Assembly (NCBI RefSeq): GCF_964355755.1
Contig: NC_092679.1
Span: 15,607,432 to 15,671,431, forward strand
Direction: 5' to 3'
DNA from: Antedon mediterranea
Lineage: Eukaryota > Animalia > Echinodermata
DNA: 64,000 nucleotides
Within the stretch, counting starts at the first letter, position 1. Each line of letters begins with the position of its first letter. Shown here piece by piece: positions 32,830-46,400 of this stretch. The translations under genes and the position numbers were made by a program. Under the pieces are notes generated by a model. It was not told the origin of the DNA, searched no databases, and saw only the letters and a program-made list of their open reading frames with translations.

Positions 32830-35800
32830 TTATCGACGTGTGGCCGCTTGTGCTAAATTTCGAAACATACTATTACGCCGCCGTACAGGAGCGGCGCGTG
32901 ATCTTGGCGAGATAGAGTCGCTCTTTTCTAAACTTCGTCTTGGCTTTAGCGTCACCTTCATCTTTGGTCGTGGGTTTAGTCGAGCTGGAATAAAACAATT
33001 GATTTGTTTACTTTTTTGTAAAGAATAAAGTATAGGCCTAAACAACATTATATATGTATGTGAGGACCTCTTCAAGTCAGCTGTACTGCCGCAGTGCATC
33101 AAGCTTGCAAAACAACAAAGTTGAATGAATAAATAAATAAATACATTTAATAATTCCGGACAGGATCACATCATTACCTAGATACGCAGCGTCGTTTTTC
33201 TTATCTTGTAAATCAGGAACGTACACTGTCCGTTGTTCGTCTCCATTTCCAAATGTCTCTTCTAAAAAAAACATCATACAAATAAAAAATCATTCTAAGC
33301 TGGATATATTTATAAATATCATATATATTTTACACGCGATTCCTTTGTGATAAATCTTATTTTGGCTGGTGCAAAAATGAAATGGTTAAAAAATTTTACT
33401 GTAGACTTTTACACACTTTGTAGGCCTATTGTATTAAAATGTTTACTTTTAATTCCGACGACGACGTTAATCTTATTTTCCCCCATGTTTAAATTTACAA
33501 TAAAAGTAGTTGGTTACAAAACAAATAGGCCTAAAGTAAAACACTTTAATAAAACAAATACTACCATTCCGACCACTTAAGTAGCACTCTAACAAAGCAT
33601 ACAGTCTGCTAGTTCAGACGACACGCACTTAACTCCAATACTCTTAACTTGTGGGATAAACGTCATACTACAACGTTCATAATTAATTCGAATAATATGC
33701 TTTTGGCGTTTCATAATTCGTTGGTTGCTTCAAGAATTAATTATGGCCAATTTTAAAAGACACCTTGCATGGCGCAGCAACAATCCCACAGGGAAACGAA
33801 CACTGCGCAAGCCAATACACCAATATTGGTGATAGTTTGTGCGACTGCTCCAAACTCTGAAATTGAGGTAAAGGAAGCACGGCATGTCTTTAGTGCCGCT
33901 TCGTTCATCAACTCAAACATTTCTTATTTTTCGGGGAAAACTCCATCTTTTTAGGAGAAGGGAACAAGTTTAGTACTTACTTTCCATTTTGACAAGTATA
34001 AATGAGGTTCTCTCGGTTAGGTAAGACTTTCCATATTCATACGGGTGTTTCGGTAAGTTTATAACCGTCCCTGTTTCGTCCGATAAATCGATATTATCTG
34101 ATAATGCAAATGACAAATGATGCATGTTTATCTAGGCAAGAATACGACAACGCAAGGAAATAATAACGTGTTTATGTAGCATACATTCAGTGTATTTCTA
34201 TAATAGCAATAATCGGGTAAACTCAATACAGGTAGGTGAAATCTGTCCATTATAGGTGCTTAATTGTTGTCAATTATAGGGGTTTTCTGTCCACAATATA
34301 GGAGATTTCCATTTTAAAATACGTCCCAACATACAGAGAATTTTGTCCAAAATAGGAGCAGAAATCCCATCCATCCATTTAGGTTTAGTTCCTACTCTAG
34401 AACGCAACACAAGGACGTAGACGAAACGCAAGCGAGTTGACCAGTCACACGCGACTGTTCGAATAATCCATCTCTTGAGATTGGTCAAATGATTTTGCGT
34501 TGCGTTACATCCTTGCGTTACGTTCTAGTGGGAACCAAGCCTTAGAGTTACGGTACTATCGCTTGGAGGTAGTAATTATTATTTGCGCATGGTCTCCGAG
34601 TCTATTTCAGCGTTGCATCTTACCGTCATTTTGACAGGAACATCTTTGTTTAATGTTGTGTAGCAGAATATGAATCTTACAATTTGGGTTAAACAATTCA
34701 CTCTTGTCTTCTGTTTTAAAGAAAAAGAGAATCACTGGTTAAAGACCCTGCAGATTGTAGGCCTAAATTAAACTGCCTATGCTATGTTTATATAGACCTA
34801 TTGATTTAAACATTACTGTACTTTTTAAAACTAAAATTCCATATCATGATTAGATGATTAGTGTGTAGCCTGTGATAATCATTCATATTATAAGTTGTTA
34901 ATCGGGAACCTTTTGATCTAAATATTCGATTAAGAATGGAAATGAGAATGATAAAGATAATGAGGCGAGTGTTGTATACAAATTACTACGAATTAGCACA
35001 CAGATTGAATTTGACATAACTCATTTGATGCGTGTATTTAACGGATGATTACAGTAAGGTACATGAGAATAATTTGTTTAAGCAAGGATGATTTCCTCCG
35101 TTTAGCGGTTAATGCTCAGTATTATACGGACTCTAAATTAGGCTACATAAACTGGGGCATCCGAGAAACTTTCTTGAGGGAAGGGTCTCACATGATGTTC
35201 TTAATCTTTAATGAAAATGCAAAGTGAACCACGATTAGTTCTTCCTACTTCCCCATTACCAATTTGAAATATTCAATAATCTTGATTTTGACTCTTTTTA
35301 ACAACCAATAAGTTTTCCATGGCCTTATGTTACTTTGAGCAATCGTCTAGTTTAGACCAAGCCTTTGGTCCATGTTTATTACAGACCTTTTTAATTAGGC
35401 TTTACTACACTATCTTATGGTCATTTAAAGTTTAGTTATCAATGTTACTTTTTTGTGGTTAAATTGTGATGTTTGTCTACTGAAATCTTGAGGTAGCACT
35501 ATTTGCAGTAGCGTAGCAACGATAATCAAATCTTTTAGAATGTGTTGGTTAACCTCAATATATATACTGTAATATGAAAAAAAACAATTATATCGAGCCA
35601 ATTATTATTTACTGTACTTTATTTTGCGAACGTTAATATAAAATGGACTGATTATCAATTTTGTTGATTATATACTGTAGGCCTATCGTTCAATGTAAAC
35701 GCTTTCATTAGCTACTGAGATTGCCTAGATATAATAGCGCAAGCATGATGTTTGTAACGAATAACGTTCCCGCTTTCTATGAAGATTGGAGGAACTCTAT

Positions 35801-36732
35801 ACATAGGCCTAGTTTTAAGAACAGAATTCAAGACAGTTGCAATTGTCTAATTCAAACCATAGTTAACGCACTTCCACAAAACCTACATCAGCGTTGGTGC
35901 AAATTGGTATTCTAGGGCATTGTAGGTTGGTTTTGTGGAAGTTTATGTATAGGAGCTTATATTGTTAATTTCCTGGGAAAATTGTTTCTCTTTTTGTTTT
36001 TTGTTCATTGACTTGTATGGATGCACTATCCGAAATAAAGAAAATGAATGAATGAATCATGACTAATAATATTTGCATTGGTTTATCAGAATCAGAAGAT
36101 GCATAATTGAACAGTGTGAAATTTAATAGCATTCGAAAACTAATAATGATCGGATTAGGTATAGGAATTATTCAAGGAATTACGATATTGCATTTTGTCT
36201 AAATCAACAAGACTGCAAAGTTATCAACTTGTTCCAACACAGGTGTCAATGGGTCACAACATCTACACTGTGAAGGGGATTTATGATAATAAATCGATGA
36301 TAAATTGTGGTTAAATATTTACTGTACAATAGTAGTCCTACGCATAAGTGTTGATGGTTTATATTATGGTTGTACGCCTATATACATCTACAATGTGCGT
36401 ACTTATTTTAGGCCTACATTGTCGTTTACCACCACCAATACTGGCTTATTATGGACCGAAATAGAGTCCAATAACTAAGGCTCAACTGATTTATTCAAAT
36501 ATTTTCTATATGCCTAAATACGAACTATTTCTATCGACAGGGACAATTTTACTGCCGTAATGTAAATTTGAGTATTTTGGCGTTTACTGAACTAAGTGCA
36601 GTAAAAGTACGGCCCAGTAAAATCGAAACTACTTACTGATATAATATAATAAATAATCTGAGATTAAAATAGAATCTAGTAATAGTAAAAACGCACAGTG
36701 TACTTACCACCAAATCGAACAATAATGAACAT
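32830..36732 (-). CDS. CXorf65/C22orf15-family protein (5 exons, ~155 aa)
   Basis: Exons 36732-36708, 34710-34624, 34097-33981, 33261-33178, 32984-32830; all phase-1 GT-AG. Product MFIIVRFGEDKSELFNPNCKIHILLHNIKQRC...NIDLSDETGTVINLPKHPYEYGKSYLTERTSFILVKME..., with a basic tail. This matches my recollection of CXorf65 (MFIFIKHGD...VNTNC...IDLCEQTG...EYASKYLTARSTY). Confidence 0.82.
34380..34544. mobile_element. Harbinger-like MITE; fragment also at ~42890-42955
   Basis: TAGGTTTAGTTCCTACTCTAGAACGCAAC / GTTACGTTCTAGTGGGAACCAAGCCTTA inverted termini, with inner GCAAG...TTGACCA symmetry. Confidence 0.65.
35715..36057 (+). mobile_element. 3' end of a non-LTR retrotransposon (LINE) remnant
   Basis: Encodes LPRYNSASMMFVTNNVPAFYEDWRNSIH..SFKNRIQDSCNCLI, resembling a LINE ORF2 C-terminus. 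Ends in CCGAAATAAA plus a (GAAT)n tail. A similar tail lies at ~53770-53797. Confidence 0.65.
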
Positions 36733-37454
36733 CTTGTGGGGAAAAAAAATTACGCTAAAAATTGGTTGTAAATAACACGTGACGTTGTTTTGGTTTGAGC
36801 ACCTACAAGTCCGATGGCTTAATCTAAATCTGGTAAAAAGTTTTCAATATGGTAGGCCTATCAACATACATTGCACACAAGTAATACATGCAGCCGTAAA
36901 ATCCTTTGATTTTCGCTCAAAATAAAATCGAACGTTGCGCACTGTATAGTTTCCGCGATAAACCGTCGATAGGCTCCTTACTTGCAGTCACAATTAACAC
37001 ACGAACAAATAGTACACACACGATGATTGCTACCCATTGATATACAATATTTGCTAACGACCACTGTCTGCGCAGTAGGCCTACCGAAGCTGCGCAGTAG
37101 AAATTTATTACAAGTACAGTCGATGACGTGTTATGATCCTAGAACCGGCGGTGGGGAACATTGGTCTGCAATACTTTCGGAAAAACTTAATAAATGATGT
37201 ATCATAAGTCTTGGGAAAAATTGTATTTGCTTATTAAATAGTTTTCTTTAAAAAAACATAATAAATGTATATACAAAAAAGATACGGTAACAAAATAATA
37301 CAACGATGCCTTTTCAATAAATTAATCAATCAATCAGACTGTTATAATAGTAATGTTCAGAGGCAAAGTTAAACAGTGTCAAAAAAGTTGTTACATAATG
37401 TGTCAATATCGAAATATTGGTGCACTTTAATGAAAGAAGGTGTGATATTAATTT

Positions 37455-37821
37455 AACAAACGAGTTAAGCTACAGTCACACTGGGCCGTATTCCCGTCCG
37501 GTGCCGGGAAAATATCGTCAAAATGAAATAGGCCTCTGTACATTTTTAGAAACAGTTCATACCAATAACCTACCAAATACGGCTATATGGTACCATCTTC
37601 GAGACGTCATATAGCTGCATCTGGTTTGAAATTAAAAAATCTGGCTCTATAGATTTGAGGACATATCCCTGTAATATATTCATGCCAAATCCCAGCTCAA
37701 TACTACAACTAATAAGGGAGGAGTAGAACTTTAAAAATCGCACTTTTTACTCAATAGTGTCCAGATGGAGGAGGAGGAGGAGAAAATGAGTAAGTCCTAG
37801 ACTCGGGTACCCCGAGTAAAA
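37455..37821 (+). mobile_element. Possible Helentron-associated (HINE/DINE-like) non-autonomous element
   Basis: A (GGA)n microsatellite is followed by a perfect 16-bp palindrome ACTCGGGTACCCGAGT (37801-37816) and an A-tract. The left boundary is uncertain. Confidence 0.4.
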
Positions 37822-38372
37822 ACGTAACGTACTATACTAGACCAGAGTATTTTTTTTCGCCCACAGAATCCGGGCTGCAATCCAAACTCAGTATGAACAG
37901 GGAGAATTCTCCATCGTGTGAACGTAACTTTAAGGAATTAAGTGAAGTAAATTAGTAAGTAAACACAAAGTGATTGAGGTAATTTGACTACTCACCCGAA
38001 CAATTTCACAACGTATCAAGTTGGTATTAAAAGTAAAAACAAATAAATGGCCTGATCACGAGATGCATGCAAGGTGACTTTGACTTAGTTTTTGAGTGTT
38101 TTCTTTTTACATAGTATTACAGTATATTAAATGCATGATTTTCTCTTTCATTCCTAAATTCAAGGGAAAAAATATAAATAAACTTATAAGAGCAATATAA
38201 AAAAATATCGTTTAAAAAAAAAACTAAATTGAGAAGTTACTGTAGTAGATCTAAATTTAGAAATTATACCACTTTCACATGGCTTTCGGAGAGTTGGGTA
38301 TAATGTGCATTCTGTGTCCAGAGTTTTGACTAGACCCTGTGAAAGGGGTAATATAGTTTTGAGGGTAGATAT

Positions 38373-38509
38373 TAGAGAGTTTTCGCACGTAAACGTAAAC
38401 TTTAACGTTATTTCCCAACATGCAACACGCAAGCTCCGCCCAATTTGAAAAAGTTGACTGTCGTCATCCGTAAAAGTTAACGTTTACGTGCTCTTGTGAA
38501 AGTTCCCTA
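38373..38509. mobile_element. Short MITE related to family B termini; a relative lies at ~42421-42540
   Basis: TAGAGAGTTTTCGCACGTAAACGTAAACTTT / AAAGTTAACGTTTACGTG...GAAAGTTCCCTA. Confidence 0.6.
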
Positions 38510-38897
38510 TTTAATTATAGCTTCAATAAAACAAAAAATAAATTCAAATGATTCTTCTCCTTGAGATGTATTCTTGCAGAAAGCATAAATAAGACAATAA
38601 GCCTCTTACATAACACCATACTTTACATAATAAAATCAACTAAAAGGCTAATTTTATGAATGATAAATTAATTCCTAATAATTCAAGATATTACTTATCC
38701 AGAATTTAAATCGCTGTACCAGCATATTCTAATTTTTCTACATCCAAAATTGTGGGTCAAAATTTGCCACGTCTAAAATTCTAATGCATATTCCGAGAGA
38801 GTAATCCGAATGATTGGTAAAGAATTTTTAACTTGTCTTATTACAACGATCATATACGAATTTGGTTATCCCACTTGTTCATCTCTTGTTTTTCTCT

Positions 38898-39176
38898 TTC
38901 AGTTAAAGTTTAATCTTGATCGAAGCCACATTTTTCAATCTCGCAGATGTTCTCATCGCTACCACTCACACGTTATTCATTGTCATCATTACTGTTGGGC
39001 GATTTAAAGTTCCCGTCGTTCCAGTAAAACGTATTACATAAGTTTTAGATGGAAAGACTGATGCTCTAAACCGCCCAGCGATAATGCTGAAATAAAGAAT
39101 GTGTGAAAAGATAGCGATGAGAAAATCTGCGAGATTGAAAAAAGTTACATCAACCAAGATTAGAACTCTGACTCAA
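38898..39176. repeat. Long imperfect inverted repeat (hairpin, ~135-bp arms, 11-nt loop)
   Basis: 38931-38961 TTTTTCAATCTCGCAGATGTTCTCATCGCTA pairs with 39112-39142 with one mismatch. Pairing continues inward to the loop at 39031-39041 and outward to ~38898/39176. Confidence 0.85.
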
Positions 39177-39955
39177 CTAGAATCATAAATATTTAAAAAA
39201 AAGTTACATCAACCAAGATTAGAACTCTGACTCAACTAGAATTATAAAGATTGAAAAAAGTTGCAACATCCAAAATTAGAATGAAATGTTTCGAAATTGA
39301 AAAAATGTTGATCATTGACTCAACTTGTCTCTAGATTGGAAAAATTTGCATCAACCAATTTTAGAACTCTGACTCAACTAGAATCATAAACATTGAGAAA
39401 GATTGCATCAACCAAGAGTTGAAGTGTGACTCAACTAGAATTATAAAGATTAAAAAAAAGTTGCATCAACAAAAATTAGAATGACATTTTACGAGAATGA
39501 AAATTTTTTATCATTAACTCAACTTGTCTCTAGATTGGAAAAAGTTCCATCAACCAATATTAGAACTGTACTCAATTAGAATTATAAAAATTGGAAAAAG
39601 TTGCATCAACCAAAATTAGAACTGTGACTCAACTGGAATTATCTCCAGATTGAAAAAAGTTGCATCAACCAAGATTATTATTAGAATGAAATTTTTTTTA
39701 GATTGAAAAATCATTGGATCAACTCCTAGTATTGTCTCAAGATTGGAAAAAAGTTGCTATTTGACTCAACATGGAATATCTAGATATGGCAAAAAGTTGA
39801 ATCAACTAAGATTAGAAATCCAACTCACTTGAAACTATTTAGAGATTGGAAAAGGTTAGAAAAGACTATAACTTTGCCCCAACTAGAATTATTCCAAGAT
39901 TGAAGAAAGAGTTACATCAACCAAGATTAGACCCTGACTCAACTAGAATGGTCTC
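39132..39955. repeat. Degenerate tandem array of ~58-60-bp units
   Basis: Unit AGATTGAAAAAAGTTGCATCAACCAAGATTAGAACTCTGACTCAACTAGAATTATAA recurs, with shortened variants. Confidence 0.9.
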
Positions 39956-40451
39956 AGACGACTACGTGATAACATGTAGAAATGTTACAATGTCAACAAA
40001 GCATTAAAAACATTATAAAAATACTAGAAAATGGACTTGACTGAACCTTATTTGTGTATAAAAATAATTTAAAGAAAACGTAACCAATAGAAATATATAA
40101 ATCCAAAGGCAAATTACTGAAAAAAATGACAATGCTGTGGGTAATAGAAATATATATATATACCTTCAAACAATATAATAAATATTTTGTTGTATAATAA
40201 AAATATTTAACTAGACCAAGATGTTGACATACACATGTATACACATATGAAAGATAGATGTGCTTTGGATAGCCATTGAAAATGTCCAAAATTAAGTTAA
40301 ACAAATTTACAATACAGTACTTCTGAACTTATTTTTGCAGATATTCATCTATCTTTAAATTAATAGTTATTAATAATACACACTTTCTCCTCTAGGCAAT
40401 TATATAATATTTTATGATATACTGTAGATATATTTCTAGTATATTATTGCT

Positions 40452-43400
40452 TTATTTCTTGGAATTTTTCAAGTGTCGTAGTGCCCTTCTAGCTGCTGTG
40501 GCCTTGGCTATACGATAATTTCTTCCAACACCTTTCCATTCAACTTTGCCATTTTTGCTGGCAACACACACAGTTACTCTTGTCTTTCCGTCAACAGTTC
40601 GCACAGGTTTGCTAAAATTAGAGAGACACAAAGTTTAAATGTGTAGATAAAAATTCTAGTCGATGTTGAGTTGCAGCGAGATGCATTGAATTACATTGAG
40701 TGTACCAAATTCAACAAGAAAAGAGGTAATGAGGCTTTACCTTGATGAGTCCAGATTGACAGATTCAACTTTAACAATAAGACTGTTAAAATTGCCCAAT
40801 CAAATGGATCACAAATTATGGGATCGTAGTTTGTAAACAAAATATGTGAATTCTCAAATCCATATAAACAGTTTTACAATTTTAAGTTGTGGAATGGGAT
40901 CCTTTAATATAATTAAACAGGGATATACAGGATTTTAATATATGTTTTATTGTATTACCAGTAATAGTAGTAAAAATTAAAATTAATTACTAATAATGTT
41001 CTTGTGTTGTAGTATGTTTTAAGGTATTGTACATCAGTTGCATTAATTGTTTGTGTTTAAATAGTGTTTCTAGGGGTTTTTAATGCTCTCCTTAAACATG
41101 TTTAAACACTGTTTTAATCATGTTTAGATAGTGTTTCTGACATGTTTAAACATAGTGTTATATAATATTTAAATAGCGTGTTTATTTTGGTTTTTTTAAG
41201 GACAATATCTATACAAAATGTATTTAAAGATCATGTTTTTTATAATAGAGCAAAGATTAACGAAATATTATTTTTTTAGACATTAGCAGTGAGTGTTAAA
41301 GTTTCTAACACTGAGGTCAAACATCTGACCTCTAGTCTGTTTGTATTTACTAAGCCATACAAAGAAACTTGTAGGTTACAACGCAGCCACTTTAGCTGTA
41401 AGGTAAATGGGTCAACTTTGGTTTTACTGATGCCATGTTTTATGTACAGCTTTTTGGTCCAATATCATACATATTCCATAATATGTAGGTCTAATCACTT
41501 TATATGAAAACTAACATTTGTTATAAATATTACTTTTAATTATTGGATATTATATTTTTACAAAAATTAAACTTTTGCTAAAATACACAATTTATAATTT
41601 TCCATAGGTAAACAAACGGAAAAATACATTCTTTCATGCATAGAAATACATTTGCGCAGAAATGGCACTAAACATTAATTGGCTGGATGGGTGATTTAAC
41701 ATCCTCTTTGGTTATCAAATTGTATAATAAAATCATACCCAAACTTTGCTGTTTCTGGCTCCATTTCAAGCAATTCACGAACAGGTGAGATGGGTAATTC
41801 AGATGCAAACATCTCTGCATTTAGGAAAAAACAGATTCAAAATCAAAATTAAACTTGTTAAAATGTTTTAGAATGTTAAAAAAGGGTATGCAATAGAACA
41901 GACAATCTGTGGATTTTATTTAATCACTTACCTTACAGAAAAATGAAGGGTTTTTAAAAACTTCATGGGCCGGGTTGAGAAGGGGTTGCGTTTAATTATA
42001 TAGGTAATACAATCTACCAAAACGAAACTTTTCTTCAGGGCCAAAAGGTCTCAAATTCCTTTTATTTGCTATAAAAAATACATTTTACATCGACTGATGG
42101 AATCCATCATGGGCACCAATGAATTTTTTTTCTAGTACAAATATCTTGTACATCCTGATACCACATATTACATACCACATACAAAAAAGAATTGCTATCT
42201 ACCTATTTGTGGCCTCATCATAGTGTAGTAGACATCCCAGACTGCCTTTAGCGACATACCACTGTCAAGATAGATAGCGCCAGCTACCGATTCAAAGATA
42301 TCGCCAAGAGCTTTCGGTACTTCAATGTCTTCACCCTCCTCTTCGTCGCCTTCATCCATTGTCAGCTAACAAAGAGTAAAAGAATCCATTAGCATGTTGT
42401 CCAGTATGCAAATACATAACTAAAGTTTTTCGTAATGTTTGCACATGCCCAGAACGATTTGTTTACAAAGTAGTTGGAGTTTGTGCATTGCATGTTGGGA
42501 AATAGTGTTAAAGTTAACATGCTCTTGTGAAAACTCCCTATTGTCAAAGAATAATCCAATAAAATTTTACCTGTGAATCCATTCCTTGTATTTCTTGCTT
42601 CTTGTGTAGAAACTCAACAAACTTGTCAACGATACTGAACAATTCTGGACTGAAAGCCTTGAAATACTTATGGTATTCAAACTTGACTGCCAACGATGCA
42701 AAGATGTTGTTATTGACAAGAGCTGACCTCATGTCAGTGAGTGCTCCTGGTGATAGCTGCTGATGGTTGTTGTACAGATGACATGTGATCAGGTAATCTA
42801 AGATGGCATCTCCTAGAAATTCAAGTCTGTAAAATTCAAAGATAAAACGTAGGCTGGTTTCAAAAATTGTAACAGATAGGTGTACCATATTAAGCTAGGT
42901 TCCCAATAAGGACACAACGCAAGGACGTAGATGCAGGTGAGTTGACCAATGACATTGGATATTACTATATCAGTGCTCTGTAGTTTGTGTCGAACAAGAT
43001 TTTTTTCAATATCAATCATATGGAATGCCAAGTGTGAATTATAGAAAAGTAAATACAAACCTTTGATAACAGTCTGTAATCATATTCTTGTGGTAAGAAG
43101 CATGTGTAAATGCTTGTAGTAAGTACGACTTGTCTTTAAATGTGTAATTGATATTCTCTTCAAACTGATCAAATCCATTCAACAGAAATACCAACTTGTC
43201 ATTTGCATGTGGTACTTGACCCAAGAAAGGGGATGGCGGCTGTTCTATTGTACCAAACAGCTTGTTGATAGGTACACCAGTATCTCCATTTGGTTCGTCA
43301 ATGGGTGGCAGAACCTTTAAACCTAACCATGACATAAAGAGGAGAGTGTTCCTTGATCCACATGACACAAGGTAGCAACCTATCAATGCTTCAATACAAT

Positions 43401-46400
43401 CTGCAATGCTCTTGTCAGACAAACCTTGCTGAGTGTGGATCTCATAAGGAAGATCTGGTGCCGGGGTCTTTGGCTTCGTTCTTGAGTATGTCAATTTTGG
43501 AATGTCATCTGGATCCTGTAAAGTGAAAGAAGACTTGATGACTGAACCAGAGGTGTTACCATTAAATACTGGCATCTGATAAGTACTGGAATATAAGTCA
43601 TCATCATCGCTAAGGTCACTTAAGGAGTCATCATAGTCGTATGTGTCAGTATTAACTTCATTTGGATCCCATTGACTAATTGGAAAACTTGGTTCTTCCT
43701 CTGATATTAGCATCTCTGGATCTACAGCTGCGATTTCTTCTACCATGAAACCTGGAGGAAGCCAATTTGAAGCTGGATCAAACAAAGTCATGATCATTTT
43801 CAGTGGCAGGTCTTTTTTCTTTCCAAGACAGTATAAGTTAAAGTTGCTAACTTGCTTGCTTCTCATAAAAGAGAGCTTTCCTTCATGACGTTTTGGATAC
43901 ATGCAGTAAAGATAAATGGTGACAGCCTGCTTGAGGAAAGAGTCACCTAACATTTCCAGACGCTCCAGGTTAAAGCCATCATTTGCATTTGACATTGTCA
44001 AAGCTTGTAATATTGTTGCAGGACTTGCACCAATACAAGAGGAAGAATCACATTCATGATCTTCTAATGAGGCCTTTAGAAAATCTCTTTCTACATCAGG
44101 TGTGCATACACCATTCATCTCCTCTAGAGGGTTAATTTCCCCTTCTTCAAGGTGTTTTGTGTGATTTTCTTGGTTGTCTGGTTCCTCATTGTAATCTGTG
44201 CTAGTTGGACCATCCATATTTAGACCTTCCCAGCCAAATGTCAAATTTGGGAAGGGATACTCTCCTTCAAATGTTCTTACTCCGATTCCAGCTTCGTCAG
44301 AAACCTGCAATCGTAATTCTTCAGCAATCAACAAGGAGTTCATTCGGTACAAGATGCTCGGAAGACAAATGCATTTCCGCCAAAGAGATGCATTTATTGG
44401 ATAAACATAGCAAAATTCTGGTACTAACAGCTGTTGCTTCTGAGATGCTGCCTTTTTCTCTCCAGTACTAATTGGCAACGCTTTTCCTTTATGGTTAAGG
44501 TATCTGGGTGTTAGAAGATTTAGTCTTGATGCCATTGAATCAACATCCAGCAATGGCTGCTTAAAGTTTGTGACTTGAATGTCATATTGCTCAAAGTAGT
44601 AATCAGCAAATGTTCTAAATTTTTCCGATGGAAACTCACTGGAAACTGTTCGAGTCTTAGAAATTTCAGCGACATAAAATCTTTGAGGTTGGTCAACGTT
44701 ACGATAGATGGGTGCTACTACAGCTTTCTCAAATTTTTCTGGTACAAAATCAAATTGCACGGTACCAAAATCTGGTAAATCCGAAGGCATGTCGAGAGCA
44801 CCAGAATGTCTGCTCATTTCTTTAAGAAATGCTAAATCTATCTTTACAGTTTTGTTATCTCCAACACCTTCTGATATCAAAGGCACAATGAGGTATGCAG
44901 ATGGAGCTGATTGTGGCTCAAACTTCAAATTTCCTTTTTTAAGACGAAGCACCTCAGAGAACATACAACAATGGAATTTCTTGCAGTTTATCTCCATTTC
45001 TTTTGTGATCTGCATGTCTTCATCAATGGCACTAATGGTGACAGCAATCTGACCACTTCTGGTGTAGATTGGAAAGCCAGGTATCTGCAACCAAAGTAAA
45101 TACCAGAGTAAAATTCTAACTTATTTTGATTTATCTATTGTTGCATTAAAATATGTGATCTACGAAATCAGTATTTCTCACCTATTACTAACTTTTTAAA
45201 TGGTAATTAGAGAATTAGTAAGAATTTACCCTTGGAATCGGTTTACTAGTCAAGATCCCGAAGCATTGAGGCGAATCTTCTGGCCTGTGTAGTTTGCGCC
45301 CTCTTGTGTTGAGTACATTAGGTAATAACTCTTTGGTTTTCATTGTTATTGCATATAAGTAACAGCGTTTCTCCGAATCGGGCTGACAGGCTTGTAGACA
45401 TACTGCTACCTAAAACAAAACAAATGTGGTATATGTAGTATAAACCAAGCAGTTATGGCAGAGGTACTGCAAATGATAATCATAAAAATTGGCACAGGTT
45501 CAAGGCAATCCTTGACCATAGTTCCAGTTCAAGTTAAGAACTTTAAACTGGAGCTCCAGTATGCTCATGTGGTTTATTTGCATATGCATATTTTTGAAGA
45601 GCAGCAGGTTACCCTGGTCTACTGGTCCATCTTATCGCCATTAATTGTGGACAGATAAGTGAGCATCGTTTGTATGGCTTTTCATGATTCCCAAAAAGAA
45701 TCCTGTCCTTGCAAACACCTTAGGTTCATTCTAGGCCACTAATTGTCTAAAAAAAAATCACATTCTAACAATGCCTGTTTTCTACAAAACTGACCTGCTT
45801 GTTGTAATACTGTCTTCGTTTGGTCGTTCCTGGCCTAGCTTGCCCTTCCACAAACTCTTCTTCAAACCCTTGATATCCATAGTTCTCAGATTCTAGGAAT
45901 GCATTCTTTTCAATTGGCAACAACCGATCACTGAGCTCTCCTGTGGTGAATAATTTGAAATGTATATTTTGAATTCCTTGGACCGTCGGGAATATTGTGT
46001 CAGGTGCTGAACTGGAGAGTGATTGGCAATTGGACTAGCATGTGATAGGCCTTGGTTCGATTGGTTTTCGGATAGGACGTAAAGCCATTGGTCCCGTGTG
46101 CATATAGTGCATGTTGTAGAACTTGGTACACTTTTCGAAAAGAGTATGGGTTTGTTACTGGGTGTGCTGATCTGTGTAGGCCATGCACTGCTGGCTGTCA
46201 TGACGTAGAGGGCCTAATCCATTATTTCCGCAGTTAAGTTTGAGGATGATATTAAATACCTTTTTAATTCAGATTCAGATAGAAAATAGATATTTACCAT
46301 GTTGATGCAGAAGTTCAATTGTCTTAAGGGCTACAGCCATTTCAGCATATTTCTTACGATTCATTATCGCACCCTTAAATAAATAAAATGAGAAAAACAA

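Noticed and set aside
32876-32984. Alternative reading of the last CXorf65-like exon ending in a CaaX-like SCTAA*
   Set aside because: It needs a phase-2 junction, but the upstream exon ends in phase 1, which gives ARLNPRPK...ATRR*.
39132-39955. Leucine-rich-repeat coding remnant in the ~60-bp array
   Set aside because: Frequent stops and frame changes, with no LxxLxLxxN periodicity.
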